A stretch of 64,000 bases of DNA from the sequence record PZ496581.1. One strand, given 5' to 3'. The notes under the pieces are model-generated. The model did no database searches. It worked only from the letters and a program-made list of their open reading frames with translations, and had not been told where the DNA came from. Shown in pieces: positions 10,935-21,977 of the stretch. This stretch comes from a phage. Position 1 is the first letter of the stretch. Each line of letters begins with the position of its first letter. The translations under genes and the position numbers were made by a program.

Positions 10935-11318
10935 AGGCGGGTTGAACTTTTTGATAAAAAGCGGTTCTTCAAGGTCCATTGTTGCGATGGTCATTGAACC
11001 AAGTTCGTTGGTGACTGAAAGGTCAAAACATTGGCGGGCCCAGAATTCAACCTTTTTGCCTTGCATTAAGGCATCCAAAATCATAAGTGATTTTCTTGAA
11101 TCTGAAGTCTGGTCTTTTCGATTTATGGCTGTTCGATAATAGTTAATGCGTTTCTTTAAATTCTTGGTTTTACCAATATACACAAGTTCGTCATCTATAG
11201 CAATAGCGTATATGACATTTTTCTTATTAGGGACATCAACTGTTTTAATTGTTGCATCTTCTAATAGCTCCAATTCTGTATATTTAATAAAGGAATATTC
11301 GGCGGCAATATCTTTCAT
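10908..11318 (-). CDS. denA: Endonuclease II (GIY-YIG-like), 136 aa
   Basis: VIYAIAIDDELVYIGKTKNLKKRINYYR GIY-YIG-like core; same length and position (beside nrdB) as T4 DenA. Confidence 0.8.
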   Translation of the reverse strand: MKDIAAEYSFIKYTELELLEDATIKTVDVPNKKNVIYAIAIDDELVYIGKTKNLKKRINYYRTAINRKDQTSDSRKSLMILDALMQGKKVEFWARQCFDLSVTNELGSMTIATMDLEEPLFIKKFNPPWNIQHKKK

Positions 11319-11326
11319 AATAAAGT

Positions 11327-11340
11327 GGGACCGAAGTCCC
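11327..11340 (-). terminator. UUCG-tetraloop hairpin
   Basis: ggga-ccgaag-tccc between the nrdB stop and the denA start. Confidence 0.35.
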
Positions 11341-11344
11341 GTCC

Positions 11345-12523
11345 TTAGAAATATTTTTTGTATGAATTGATTACATTTTGGTCTACATCATTATCAATTT
11401 GTGCGACAAGATAAGAACTGATTTCAACTTCCTGAGGAGCTGCTTGAACTAAATCAGAGTTCAGATATTCACGAATCCAAGGATACGGATGCTTGGTCGG
11501 AGCATCAGTGATTGGGCATGGCAAACCACACTGTTTCATACGAGACACAGTCAAGTAATCAACAAAAGCACACATACTCTGTGTATTGATACCTGGGCAT
11601 GTACCGTCTTTAAAGAGGTGTGCAGCCCATTCCTTCTCTTGACTATTTACTTCCATAAAAATGTCAACTGCTTCTTGTTCACATTCTTTAGCAATTTGAA
11701 CCCACTCATCGCCATCAGTACCAGATTGAAGTTGACGGATGATGTACTGAGTACCCTTGAGGTGGAGTTGTTCGTCACGAGCAATGAACTTCATAATCTT
11801 TGCATTACCTTCCATAATTTCCATATTTTTATGGAAGTTGAAAGTACATGCAAATGATACGTAAAAACGAATAGCTTCTAAGGCGTTGATAACATGCAAA
11901 CAGAGGTAAAGAGATTTCATTAGCTCACGCTTCCAATATGTCTCATGCTCAATAGCATCTTCAATAACGTCTTCGTCTGCATTAATTTCTTTTTGGTATT
12001 CGATATCAGCTTTAGCATTTTCCCAATAACGAGTTTTAACCAAGACATCATCGTAATAGCGACCAATAGATTCAGCGCGTTTCATGATTGCTTCGTCTAA
12101 TACAATCTCATCAAATACCTTAGATGGGTCCGTATAAAGATTTCGCATAATATGAGTATACGAACGAGAGTGAATAGTTTCACTGAATGTCCATGTTGCA
12201 ACCCACGTATCTAATGAAGGGTCAGAAATCAGTGCCATAAGTACCGCAGATGGGGCCCTGCCTTGGATAGAATCTAATAATGATTGATACTTAAGATTGT
12301 TTGTAAAGATGTCCTGTTGGAACTGAGGAAGCTTATTGAACTGCGCAGAGTCCAACATCAAGTTTACCTCTTCGGGACGCCAGAAAAATGACAAGGATTT
12401 TTCTATAAGTTCTTCAAAAACTTTATGACGCTGAATATCATACCGTGCGAGGCCAAGACAAGAACCAAAGAACATCGGTTCATTCAAAACATCGACTTGT
12501 TGTGTGTTAAAAACTGTACTCAT
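11345..12523 (-). CDS. nrdB: Ribonucleotide reductase small subunit (392 aa), intronless
   Basis: Continuous ORF of full NrdB length, adjacent to nrdA; no intron-sized gap. Confidence 0.85.
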   Translation of the reverse strand: MSTVFNTQQVDVLNEPMFFGSCLGLARYDIQRHKVFEELIEKSLSFFWRPEEVNLMLDSAQFNKLPQFQQDIFTNNLKYQSLLDSIQGRAPSAVLMALISDPSLDTWVATWTFSETIHSRSYTHIMRNLYTDPSKVFDEIVLDEAIMKRAESIGRYYDDVLVKTRYWENAKADIEYQKEINADEDVIEDAIEHETYWKRELMKSLYLCLHVINALEAIRFYVSFACTFNFHKNMEIMEGNAKIMKFIARDEQLHLKGTQYIIRQLQSGTDGDEWVQIAKECEQEAVDIFMEVNSQEKEWAAHLFKDGTCPGINTQSMCAFVDYLTVSRMKQCGLPCPITDAPTKHPYPWIREYLNSDLVQAAPQEVEISSYLVAQIDNDVDQNVINSYKKYF

Positions 12524-12578
12524 TATATTTTCTCACTTAGTTATTAACTCATCCATGAGTAAATTATAATCAAAAGTC

Positions 12579-14834
12579 TTAAAGCTTACAAGCAGAACAA
12601 TCTTCAGCTTTAGGTGTTTCTAATTCATAGTCATCTGTACCTGACCCATCACGAGTGTTATGATAGTAGAGATTTTTTCCGCCAAAGTACCAGAAGTAAA
12701 GCAGATCGTCAAGCATTACTGACATTGGCACTTTACCTTTCTCAAACACTGCAGGGTCATAGTAAGTATTAGCAGAAGCAGATTGGCACACCCATTTCAA
12801 CATGATAGCAACTTGGGTCAAATAAGGTTTATTACCTTTCTTAGCAAGTTTCCACGCATAGTCGTAAAGACTCATGTTATGTTCTATATTAGGAACAACC
12901 TGACGGAAGTTGCCTTCTTTAGATTCTTTAATACTCACTGGACCACGCGGCGGTTCAATCCCGTTTGTAGAGTTTGATACTTGACTGCTTGACTCACAAG
13001 GCATGAGTGCAGACAACGTTGAGTTACGAATTCCATGTTCTTTGAGTTCAGCTCGAAGTTCTTCCCAATCACATACGTAGTTCGGGGCTGCGATTTGGTC
13101 AATCTTTTTATTGTACCAGTCGATAGGTAATTCGCCTCTAGACCATTTAGTGTCTGAATAATACTCGCAACATCCTTTTTCTTTGGCGAGTTTGATTGAT
13201 GCTTTGATAAGGCCATATTGCAATCTCTCAAACAATTCATGAGTCAAATCGTTAGCGTCTTCATATGAAGCAAAGTTAGAAGCTAACCATGCAGCATAGT
13301 TCGTAACACCAACACCAAGATTACGACGCTTTTTAGCTTTTAAAGCTTCTGGAACCGGATAATCTTGATAGTCTAACAGGTTATCAAGTGCACGTACTTG
13401 TACTTCAGCAAGTTCATTAATTTTATCTTGGTCTTGCCAATCAAATTTATCCAATACAAAAGCAGATAATGTGCATAAACCAATTTCAGCATCAGGACCA
13501 TTCACATCATTAGTTGGAATAGCGATTTCACAACATAAGTTACTCTGACGAATTGGAGCTTTTTCACGAATAAATGGAGTGTAGTTATTCGTGTTATCAA
13601 CAAACTGTGGATAAATTCGAGCGGTGCCAGAACGTTCAGTCATGAACAATTCAAAGAGTTCTAGTGCTTTGATTCTTTTCTTTCTGATTGTCGGGTCTTT
13701 TTCAGCTTTCTCATAAAGCTCACGGAATTTATCTTGATCTTCAAAGAACGAGTAGTATAGTTCGCCTGACATTTCATGAGGGCTAAATAAAGTAATATAA
13801 TCATTTTTACCAAGACGTTCCATCATAAGGTCATTAATCTGAATTCCGTAGTCCATATGTCGAATACGGTTTTCATCCACGCCTTTGTTATTTTTCAGAA
13901 CTAATAGGTTCTCTACTTCTAAGTGCCACATCGGATAATACGCTGTAGCAGCACCACCACGAATACCACCTTGAGAACAAGATTTTACTGCAGTTTGGAA
14001 ATGTTTCCAGAATGGAATAACACCCGTATGTCGAACTTCACCCATACCGATCTTAGAACCTTCTGCACGAAGCATACCAACGTTGATACCGATACCAGCT
14101 CGTTTAGAAATATATTCAATAATTGATGCTGAAGTTTTGTTAATAGATTTTAACGAATCACCGGCTTCAATAACTACACAACTAGAGAACTGGCGAGTCG
14201 GAGTACGAGCACCTGCCATAATTGGAGTAGGCAATGAAACTTGATGAGTAGAAACGGCGTCATAAAAACGAATAATATGTTTCAAACGGTCATGAGTTTC
14301 GTCTTGGTGTAAGGCCATGCCAATAGCCATGATAGCAAACTGTGGAGTTTCATAAATCTTCCCAGTTGTTTTATCTTTAACTAGATATTTTTCTTTAAGC
14401 TGCATAGCACCAGCATAAGTCAGGTCAAAGTCTCGTTCATGTTTAATCTGTGAATCGAGATAAATGATTTCTTCTGCTGAATATTGAGACAACAGCTCAG
14501 GGTCATATTTGCCTTCATTAACACAGTAAGAAATATGGTCGATAAAAGCAGGCGGTTCAAACTGCCCATATACATCTTTACGAAGTGCAAACATTAGCCC
14601 TTTGGCGGCGACATACTGATAATCAGGTTCTTCGACAGAAATCGAGTTAGCTGCAACTTTAATACAAATCTTCTGAATATCTTTGGTGCTCATACCATCG
14701 ACAAGATGGGTCTTAATTTCTTCGTACAATTCATATGGGTCAATTTGTGTTCCTTCACATTGCCAAGTTAAGACTTGAATAATTTTCTGTGCATCAAAAT
14801 TTTGGGATACACCACTGCTCTTAGTTACTTGCAT
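12579..14834 (-). CDS. nrdA: Ribonucleotide reductase large subunit (751 aa)
   Basis: Class I RNR length and active-site region NLCCEIAIPT; T4 gene order. Confidence 0.9.
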   Translation of the reverse strand: MQVTKSSGVSQNFDAQKIIQVLTWQCEGTQIDPYELYEEIKTHLVDGMSTKDIQKICIKVAANSISVEEPDYQYVAAKGLMFALRKDVYGQFEPPAFIDHISYCVNEGKYDPELLSQYSAEEIIYLDSQIKHERDFDLTYAGAMQLKEKYLVKDKTTGKIYETPQFAIMAIGMALHQDETHDRLKHIIRFYDAVSTHQVSLPTPIMAGARTPTRQFSSCVVIEAGDSLKSINKTSASIIEYISKRAGIGINVGMLRAEGSKIGMGEVRHTGVIPFWKHFQTAVKSCSQGGIRGGAATAYYPMWHLEVENLLVLKNNKGVDENRIRHMDYGIQINDLMMERLGKNDYITLFSPHEMSGELYYSFFEDQDKFRELYEKAEKDPTIRKKRIKALELFELFMTERSGTARIYPQFVDNTNNYTPFIREKAPIRQSNLCCEIAIPTNDVNGPDAEIGLCTLSAFVLDKFDWQDQDKINELAEVQVRALDNLLDYQDYPVPEALKAKKRRNLGVGVTNYAAWLASNFASYEDANDLTHELFERLQYGLIKASIKLAKEKGCCEYYSDTKWSRGELPIDWYNKKIDQIAAPNYVCDWEELRAELKEHGIRNSTLSALMPCESSSQVSNSTNGIEPPRGPVSIKESKEGNFRQVVPNIEHNMSLYDYAWKLAKKGNKPYLTQVAIMLKWVCQSASANTYYDPAVFEKGKVPMSVMLDDLLYFWYFGGKNLYYHNTRDGSGTDDYELETPKAEDCSACKL

Positions 14835-14921
14835 ATATTCCTCAGTATAGGTTGATAGACATTACTCCAAACGGGATAGTATTTATCCCGTTAATTTATT
14901 ATACACTTTTAAACTGAAGCG

Positions 14922-15176
14922 TTAATTATCCTCAGCAATAATTTCTTCGTATTCTTTAGGTGTCAAGACTGTGATATCGAAATAAACCAATGGTTCTTTT
15001 TCCATACCGTAACCACCACAAAATTCACGATATTCATAAATTCGTTCATGTGAATAACAAATGAATCGTTCACCTTTAACTGTGATTTCACTATTCGGTG
15101 AAGGGATATCTAGTTCGGTAGGATTTTTCATTTCAAAAATTGTGGTGCCATATGAATTAATAAAACGTAAAATCAT
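14922..15176 (-). CDS. Hypothetical protein (84 aa)
   Basis: Track ORF between td exon 2 and nrdA. Confidence 0.45.
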   Translation of the reverse strand: MILRFINSYGTTIFEMKNPTELDIPSPNSEITVKGERFICYSHERIYEYREFCGGYGMEKEPLVYFDITVLTPKEYEEIIAEDN

Positions 15177-15488
15177 TTATACCGCCATTTTAGCTTTGAT
15201 AGTTGGATGAGATTCGTAATTTTTAAGAACGAAATCAGAATGTGTCATCGTTCCAGTAACCCAGTCCATTTGGATTTTTGTAGGCCAATTCTCAAAATTA
15301 CTAGGCCAATTAATTTCAAGAGAACATAATTCTTTAGGTTCACGACGAAGAACTTCTTTGCATTGTTCTACATGATTGCTGTAGATATGCGTGTTGCCGC
15401 CTGAGAACACTAAATCACCTGGGATAAGGTTACACATCTTCGCTACAATATGCGTCAAGGCAGCGTACGAGGCAATGTTGAACGGCAG
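15177..15488 (-). CDS. td: Thymidylate synthase, exon 2 (103 codons plus stop)
   Basis: LPFNIASYAALTHIVAKMCNLIPGDLVFSGGNTHIY is the TS C-terminal core; exon begins CUG CCG UUC immediately after the intron-terminal ...AUG. Confidence 0.8.
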   Translation of the reverse strand: MPFNIASYAALTHIVAKMCNLIPGDLVFSGGNTHIYSNHVEQCKEVLRREPKELCSLEINWPSNFENWPTKIQMDWVTGTMTHSDFVLKNYESHPTIKAKMAV

Positions 15489-16504
15489 CATTATGTTCAG
15501 ATAAGGTCGTTAATCTTATCCCGGAATTATATCCAGCTGCATGTCACCATGCAGAGCAGACTATATCTCCAACTTGTTAAAGCAAGTTGTCTATCGTTTC
15601 GAGTCACTTGACCCTACTCCCTAAAGGGATAGTCGTTAGGCATTTATGTAGAACCAATTCCACTTATCAGATTTTACACGGTAAGTAACTAATCCTGATG
15701 AAATTTCAAAATGTCTAGCCGCATCGGCTGCACATTCAAAAATAATCCCATCGCATGAAATCTTTTTGATGTTAGCTGGCTTTTTGCCTTTCATCTTTTC
15801 AGATAGTTTAGTTTTAGTTTTTTCTGAATGTTTGTGATTAAAGAACGGGTTATTTTCACCTGAACGTTTTCGGCACTTTCCACAAGTATCGGCCGAAGAT
15901 GGTATGCGAACACCGCATTTACAAAACTTGTGGTTTTCTGGATTCCATCGGCCATTTTTACTTCCGTGTTTACCATAAAGAGCTTTCCGACCATCAGGAC
16001 CAAGCTTAAGCATCTTAGCTTTAACAGTTTCAGCTCGTTTCTTAGCAATTTCTTCTTTTAATGGATGATTTGAAAGCACATCGCCAAAAGACGCATCAGC
16101 AATATTATATCCATTAATTTTAGAATTTAGCTCTTTAATCCAAAAATTTTCTCGTTCAATAATCAAATCTTTCTCATATGGAATTTCTTCCAGTACAGAG
16201 CATTCAAAAACATTACCATGTTTATTAAAAGACCTTTGAAATTTTATAGAAGAGTGAACACCGTTTTCAAGGTCTTTAAAATGTCTCTTCCATCTTTTCT
16301 CAAAATCTTTAGCACTTCCAACATACACTTTACCGTTTAAAGTGTTTTTAATCTGATAAATTCCGCTTTTCATAAACACCTCTTTTTATATAGAAGTATT
16401 TATTAAAGGGTAGTCCTACAATTTAGCACGGGATTGTCTACTAGAGAGGTCCCCCGTTTAGATAGATTACAAGTATAAGTCACCTTATACCTAGGCCTAA
16501 ATTA
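15489..16504 (-). mobile_element. Group I self-splicing intron in td (1016 nt) carrying a homing-endonuclease ORF
   Basis: Intron 5' end UAAUUUAGGCCUAGGUAUAAGGUGACUUAUACUUGUAAUCUAUCUAAACGGGG closely matches the remembered T4 td intron; exon 1 ends GGU; length matches T4. Confidence 0.8.
15636..16373 (-). CDS. GIY-YIG homing endonuclease I-TevI (245 aa)
   Basis: MKSGIYQIKNTLNGKVYVGSAKDFEKRWKRH... plus C-terminal zinc finger CKCG...CGKC; near-identical to remembered I-TevI. Confidence 0.9.
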   Translation of the reverse strand: MKSGIYQIKNTLNGKVYVGSAKDFEKRWKRHFKDLENGVHSSIKFQRSFNKHGNVFECSVLEEIPYEKDLIIERENFWIKELNSKINGYNIADASFGDVLSNHPLKEEIAKKRAETVKAKMLKLGPDGRKALYGKHGSKNGRWNPENHKFCKCGVRIPSSADTCGKCRKRSGENNPFFNHKHSEKTKTKLSEKMKGKKPANIKKISCDGIIFECAADAARHFEISSGLVTYRVKSDKWNWFYINA

Positions 16505-17878
<1,374 letters not shown>

Positions 17879-17880
17879 AA

Positions 17881-18144
17881 TTATTTCCTCAGATTTTTCT
17901 TAACAACTTTCCAATCAGCTTTAAACGATTCAACATCAGAGTGGTGAATCCAGAATCCTGCACTTTCACCATCTTCGTAGAGTGGACATCCATCACATTC
18001 TTCGTTCCAACCCATTTCACGTAAAGCTTCTTCAGCTTGTTCAAGGAGTTCAGCATCTTTACCAACGATGTTGAAGTACCATTTACCTCTAACTTCAGAA
18101 TCTTTGATGCTCTGGCGTTGCAATCTCATTTTATTCTCCTTCAC
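17881..18144 (-). CDS. Hypothetical protein (87 aa)
   Basis: Track ORF. Confidence 0.45.
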   Translation of the reverse strand: MKENKMRLQRQSIKDSEVRGKWYFNIVGKDAELLEQAEEALREMGWNEECDGCPLYEDGESAGFWIHHSDVESFKADWKVVKKNLRK

Positions 18145-18151
18145 TTTTATT

Positions 18152-18191
18152 TGATAGGGCTACTATAACATAGCCCTATCTTGTTATAAAC
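18152..18191 (-). promoter_or_regulatory. Early promoter module (-35 GTTTAT, -10 TATAGT) with 9-bp inverted repeat gatagggct/agccctatc
   Basis: -10 lies in the hairpin loop; upstream of the ATG at 18144. Confidence 0.4.
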
Positions 18192-18583
18192 TACTTTTTA
18201 AAAGTTTTTTGCAAAAGTTTGATGATTTCGTCGACGTTGGTTTCATCTACGATACAATGTATTTTTGTTACACCTAAAGTTATACCTTCGTTAGTAGGTT
18301 GAGGCTTTACTAAATCTACCTCAGTAAAGTATTTGAACTCGTCAGGATAAATCTCAAAATAAGTTTCAATTTCACCACCGGCAGAACATACAGTACCATC
18401 TTCCATAGTTACACTTACTACGTTTGATGTATCGCTATCATAATCAGGTTCCATTCCGTTTACAACAAAACTGGGCCCATGGAGTTCAATCAATTTTAAC
18501 ATCTTAGCGTTATTGTGTGGTGCTTCTTGAACAAAGTCATCTTTAAATAAAGGGTTAATGATATAAGATTTTCCGATTTCCAT
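18191..18583 (-). CDS. Hypothetical protein (130 aa)
   Basis: Track ORF. Confidence 0.5.
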   Translation of the reverse strand: MEIGKSYIINPLFKDDFVQEAPHNNAKMLKLIELHGPSFVVNGMEPDYDSDTSNVVSVTMEDGTVCSAGGEIETYFEIYPDEFKYFTEVDLVKPQPTNEGITLGVTKIHCIVDETNVDEIIKLLQKTFKK

Positions 18584-18611
18584 TTTGATTTCCTCATGTT
18601 GTTGATAGGTC

Positions 18612-18640
18612 TATACTAACACATCCAGGGAAGAAGTAAA
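18612..18640 (-). promoter_or_regulatory. T4-type early promoter (-35 GTTTAC, 17 nt, -10 TAGTAT)
   Basis: Read on minus strand; ~30 nt upstream of the ATG at 18583. Confidence 0.4.
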
Positions 18641-18672
18641 CAACTTTTTCGGTAATTTACAGATACTCAAAA

Positions 18673-18690
18673 GGGAGACCGAAGTCTCCC
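18673..18690 (-). terminator. UUCG-tetraloop hairpin terminator-like element downstream of gene 32
   Basis: gggagac-cgaa-gtctccc followed by UUUU on the minus RNA. Confidence 0.45.
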
Positions 18691-18696
18691 AATTTA

Positions 18697-19614
18697 TTAT
18701 AGACCAGCTAACAGGTCATCGAGGTCGCCATCATCAGAGGATGAGGTAGAGCTCATGAAGTCATCTTCAGTTTTTGCAGAACTAAAGGCTTCCATGTCTT
18801 TATCAAAATCGTCAAGGTCAGAAGCAACTTTATCTGCAACAGAAGCTGCTGCGGCTGCTGCACCACCAAGAGCGGCAGTACCAAGAGCGGCAGTACCAAG
18901 AACCTTAGCGAAAGATTCATTTAATTTTTCAAAGGATTTGAACTGGTCTTTAGCCGTCAAAGTAGTAAGGTCTACCATCTGGTCATATAGTTCTTTCTGG
19001 AATGCTTCGTCATTAATACGAGGAATTTCAGATTGACCCAAGAATTTAGATTCGTCATAGTTGCTAAAACCTGAAACCTGCTTAGCTTTCAGAACGAAGT
19101 TAGCACCTTCAAACGGACAAGTAACATCAACTGGAGTTTCACCCATTTCGGTATCAACAGCAATCATTGCATTGATTTTGTCCCAAATCTTTTTACCGAA
19201 ACGATATTTAAATACTTTACCTTCGTTATCTGGAGCTTGAGGGTCTTTAACAACCAGAATATTAGCCCAATAAGAAGTTTTACGTTTCAGTTGAGAATAT
19301 TCATTTTTGTTGGTATTGTACAGGTCATTTTTACTAATGTACTGACATACAGGACAAGAGTCATAATCACCATGTGTAGAAGAGCAATTTTCAATATACC
19401 ATTTACCATTTTTCTTGAAACCGTGGTTAACAAGAATTGCAAATGGTAGTGCATCATCAGTTTTTGCTGGCAAGAAACGAATTACCGCTTGACCATTACC
19501 GGATGCATCTAGCTTCAGCTTCCATTCGCCTTTATCTTCTGAAGAGAAACCTTTGTTACCATTCAGTTTAGCCATTTGAGCAGCGAGGTCAGCAGTAGAT
19601 TTACGTTTAAACAT
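18697..19614 (-). CDS. 32: gp32 single-stranded DNA-binding protein (305 aa)
   Basis: Zinc site [16 protein letters not shown] and acidic C-terminus [12 protein letters not shown]; near-identical to remembered T4 gp32, with an extra LGTAA repeat. Confidence 0.9.
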   Translation of the reverse strand: MFKRKSTADLAAQMAKLNGNKGFSSEDKGEWKLKLDASGNGQAVIRFLPAKTDDALPFAILVNHGFKKNGKWYIENCSSTHGDYDSCPVCQYISKNDLYNTNKNEYSQLKRKTSYWANILVVKDPQAPDNEGKVFKYRFGKKIWDKINAMIAVDTEMGETPVDVTCPFEGANFVLKAKQVSGFSNYDESKFLGQSEIPRINDEAFQKELYDQMVDLTTLTAKDQFKSFEKLNESFAKVLGTAALGTAALGGAAAAAASVADKVASDLDDFDKDMEAFSSAKTEDDFMSSTSSSDDGDLDDLLAGL

Positions 19615-19621
19615 GGATTAT

Positions 19622-19735
19622 TACCTTTTATTTAGATTATTTAATTTATTTACAGTTGGTTGCTACGACACTAGTTGGTTGCTACGACACTTATACCTCG
19701 TAGCTGGTATGATTTATTTATAAAGTAATTTTAAC
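19622..19735 (-). promoter_or_regulatory. Gene 32 5' leader: candidate translational operator (structured element plus AU-rich tract)
   Basis: Stem GCUACGA/UCGUAGC, then CAACCAAC, then AU-rich UAAAUAAAUUAAAUAAUCUAAAUAAAAGG before the AUG; contains a 19-bp tandem duplication. Confidence 0.5.
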
Positions 19736-19751
19736 ACACAAGAAATAAAGC

Positions 19752-20405
19752 TTAATACTTACATGATTTGATTGTTTCTATGAACAATTTCTTAGCAGCA
19801 TTTCCATCGATTTGAAGTATTTTTCGATATGCCTTTAATTTGGTAGAATAATTTTGCCAGACTAAATTATCGGTGAGTTCGTCGTGCTTATCTATAATAT
19901 TCAAAAACGAGTCCAACAATAAGAAAGTTTCAAATGAAATTATATTGCTTTGTAGCAATTTAAATATGTAGCTCGACTGAACGTTGTTATTATAATCAAA
20001 TATCTCTTGAAGCGCACTAACTTCAACTTTCTTACTGAAATAGTAGATGTTACGTACGTCTTCAGCAAACGTCTCTTTAGCTTGTTTTAGTCGTCCAATA
20101 TATTCCCTATAGAAAACTAATGCATCAGCGTCTGATATCTCACCAATCCATGCGTCTTGGTTAGCAACTAAGTTGCTTATGAATATCAAGGTGAGTTCCT
20201 TCAATTTATATTTCTCTGATAGTTTTTCAAAGAAATATTTATCTCGGCGTTTTTGATACGCATTATCCGAAACACGCATGCACCAGTTATATTTGATTAC
20301 GTCATACCGACCACCAAAGTGGTTTTTGCACATCAAGTATAGTTTATATACTGATTTACCGTTAATATAACGTTCTCCGTCAGGAGGCATACGTATTTTA
20401 ATCAT
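19752..20405 (-). CDS. 59: gp59 helicase loader (217 aa)
   Basis: MIKIRMPPDGERYINGKSVYKLYLM...KYNWCMRVSD...QSSYIFKLLQSNIISFETF near-identical to remembered T4 gp59. Confidence 0.9.
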   Translation of the reverse strand: MIKIRMPPDGERYINGKSVYKLYLMCKNHFGGRYDVIKYNWCMRVSDNAYQKRRDKYFFEKLSEKYKLKELTLIFISNLVANQDAWIGEISDADALVFYREYIGRLKQAKETFAEDVRNIYYFSKKVEVSALQEIFDYNNNVQSSYIFKLLQSNIISFETFLLLDSFLNIIDKHDELTDNLVWQNYSTKLKAYRKILQIDGNAAKKLFIETIKSCKY

Positions 20406-20740
20406 AATAAGAAATCTAACGTATTAGTTTTTTCACCACGAGCAACTGATGGGCGAAGCATGTTTTCGTCAATTGCTTCGCTTGTAATTTTTTCAACAAT
20501 TCCTGTAGGAATAAATTTAGCAAATTGTGTTTCTGGAATAGAATTTTCTTCCAAGAAAGCAGTTGTTGCTTCTAAATAAGACATACCAAATTGTTCAACC
20601 ATGGATTCGATAATGAATCCGTTTTCTTGTCGGTCAAGCAATTTAGCGATATCATCTTTATCGTGTTTTACTGCTAATTCTTGTTCAGATAAACCGGCCT
20701 CATCAACCGGTTTAATATCACTTAGTGAAAACTGTGTCAT
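20402..20740 (-). CDS. 33: gp33 late-transcription co-activator (112 aa)
   Basis: Length, position between 59 and dsbA, and C-terminal ...TNTLDFLL tail. Confidence 0.8.
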   Translation of the reverse strand: MTQFSLSDIKPVDEAGLSEQELAVKHDKDDIAKLLDRQENGFIIESMVEQFGMSYLEATTAFLEENSIPETQFAKFIPTGIVEKITSEAIDENMLRPSVARGEKTNTLDFLL

Positions 20741-20987
20741 AAAGCTCGACTACCTCTTCGTTTTCAGCTTCAAATTGGTCACGAGCGTCTTTATGATAAA
20801 GAGCTAACAAACGATTAAACATTTTTCCATCGACACCAAGCTCTTCTTTAACACGAGTACGAATGTCTTTAATCAGTTCATTATAACCAGAAATTTTAAG
20901 TTTGTTATCGGAAGCTTCCTTGACTAGTTTAGCCAGTTCTTCACCATGCACATCTTGATTAAATTCAACTGCTTCTTTCTTAGCCAT
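20718..20987 (-). CDS. dsbA: DsbA late-transcription accessory dsDNA-binding protein (~89 aa; start at MAKKEAVEF)
   Basis: Position between rnh and 33; size matches T4 DsbA once the start is moved to an internal ATG. Confidence 0.6.
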   Translation of the reverse strand: MAKKEAVEFNQDVHGEELAKLVKEASDNKLKISGYNELIKDIRTRVKEELGVDGKMFNRLLALYHKDARDQFEAENEEVVELYDTVFTK

Positions 20988-20994
20988 GTTTACC

Positions 20995-21912
20995 TCAGAA
21001 TTCATTAATTACACTTGTTAATTTAGAAAGACCGGATTTTACAAAATATGAATAAATCTTGCCTTTAGGTTGTTGTTTATATGAGTTATAATACTCTATA
21101 ATGGTTGAAGCAATATTATCAGGGATATAATCAAAATCAATGAGAACCAAATTTTCTTGATACCGTTTATATTCTTCTGCACTTAATAATACTTCAGCTT
21201 GAGAACGGTCATTGGCAATTGCTTCAATAATCGTTGTTTTCATGCTCGGAGTTCGTTCACCATCAACTCTGGTAAACCAGAAGTCGCCACGAACTCGAAC
21301 AGATGCAACACCATCCTTACGGTCACCTTTAAGAATTTTAGTCATGCAATCAATTTCAGCAGAACCGTTCTTAATTTTAACCCATTTTTTCTGTGGTGGT
21401 GACCACTGTTTAACGTTAGGATATTTGTGTAATTGTGTAAAGTCACCATCTGATGCAACAATACATACTTTATGTCCGGCTAATGACAAATATTTAGTTA
21501 ATACACCAATATGGTCATCCGCTTCATACTTGTCAATATCCATTACAACGTATGGCATGTATTTCTTAATCTCATCAACAACTTGATGGAGTGCAGTAAA
21601 ATATCCTTCCCAATCCCACTTTGAAGCTTCACGATCGGTTTTACGATTTTTCTTGTAATAGTAAGCAAAGTCCCGACGCCAATAACCTGAAGTAGCATTA
21701 TCCATACACAATACAAATTTTGTATAGCCTTGCTTACGGAACATCACTACGTTTTTACGAATTGAATTCAAGATTACATGGCGAACCATCGGAACAGTAA
21801 TTTTATCACCATCTTCAAAGTTGTTTAATGCGGCTGCCAATGCAATGTTACTAAAGTCGGCAAGTGCAATACCTTCTTTGTAATCTTCATCCAACATCAT
21901 TTCTAAATCCAT
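20995..21912 (-). CDS. rnh: RNase H (5'-3' exonuclease, FEN family), 305 aa
   Basis: Same length as T4 Rnh; divergent from gene 34 as in T4. Confidence 0.9.
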   Translation of the reverse strand: MDLEMMLDEDYKEGIALADFSNIALAAALNNFEDGDKITVPMVRHVILNSIRKNVVMFRKQGYTKFVLCMDNATSGYWRRDFAYYYKKNRKTDREASKWDWEGYFTALHQVVDEIKKYMPYVVMDIDKYEADDHIGVLTKYLSLAGHKVCIVASDGDFTQLHKYPNVKQWSPPQKKWVKIKNGSAEIDCMTKILKGDRKDGVASVRVRGDFWFTRVDGERTPSMKTTIIEAIANDRSQAEVLLSAEEYKRYQENLVLIDFDYIPDNIASTIIEYYNSYKQQPKGKIYSYFVKSGLSKLTSVINEF

Positions 21913-21944
21913 ATGAACCTCTTGTTCAGTTAGTCAACTTGACT

Positions 21945-21974
21945 ATAGTAACACACTCATTTGAAAGCGTAAAC
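21945..21974 (-). promoter_or_regulatory. T4-type early promoter for rnh (-35 GTTTAC, 18 nt, -10 TACTAT)
   Basis: Palindrome agtcaacttgact lies downstream of the -10; back-to-back with the gene 34 late promoter. Confidence 0.45.
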
Positions 21975-21977
21975 TGG

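Noticed and set aside
11345-12523. Expected nrdB group I intron and associated homing endonuclease
   Set aside because: Looked for because T4 has one; nrdB here is a single continuous ORF of normal length with no insertion
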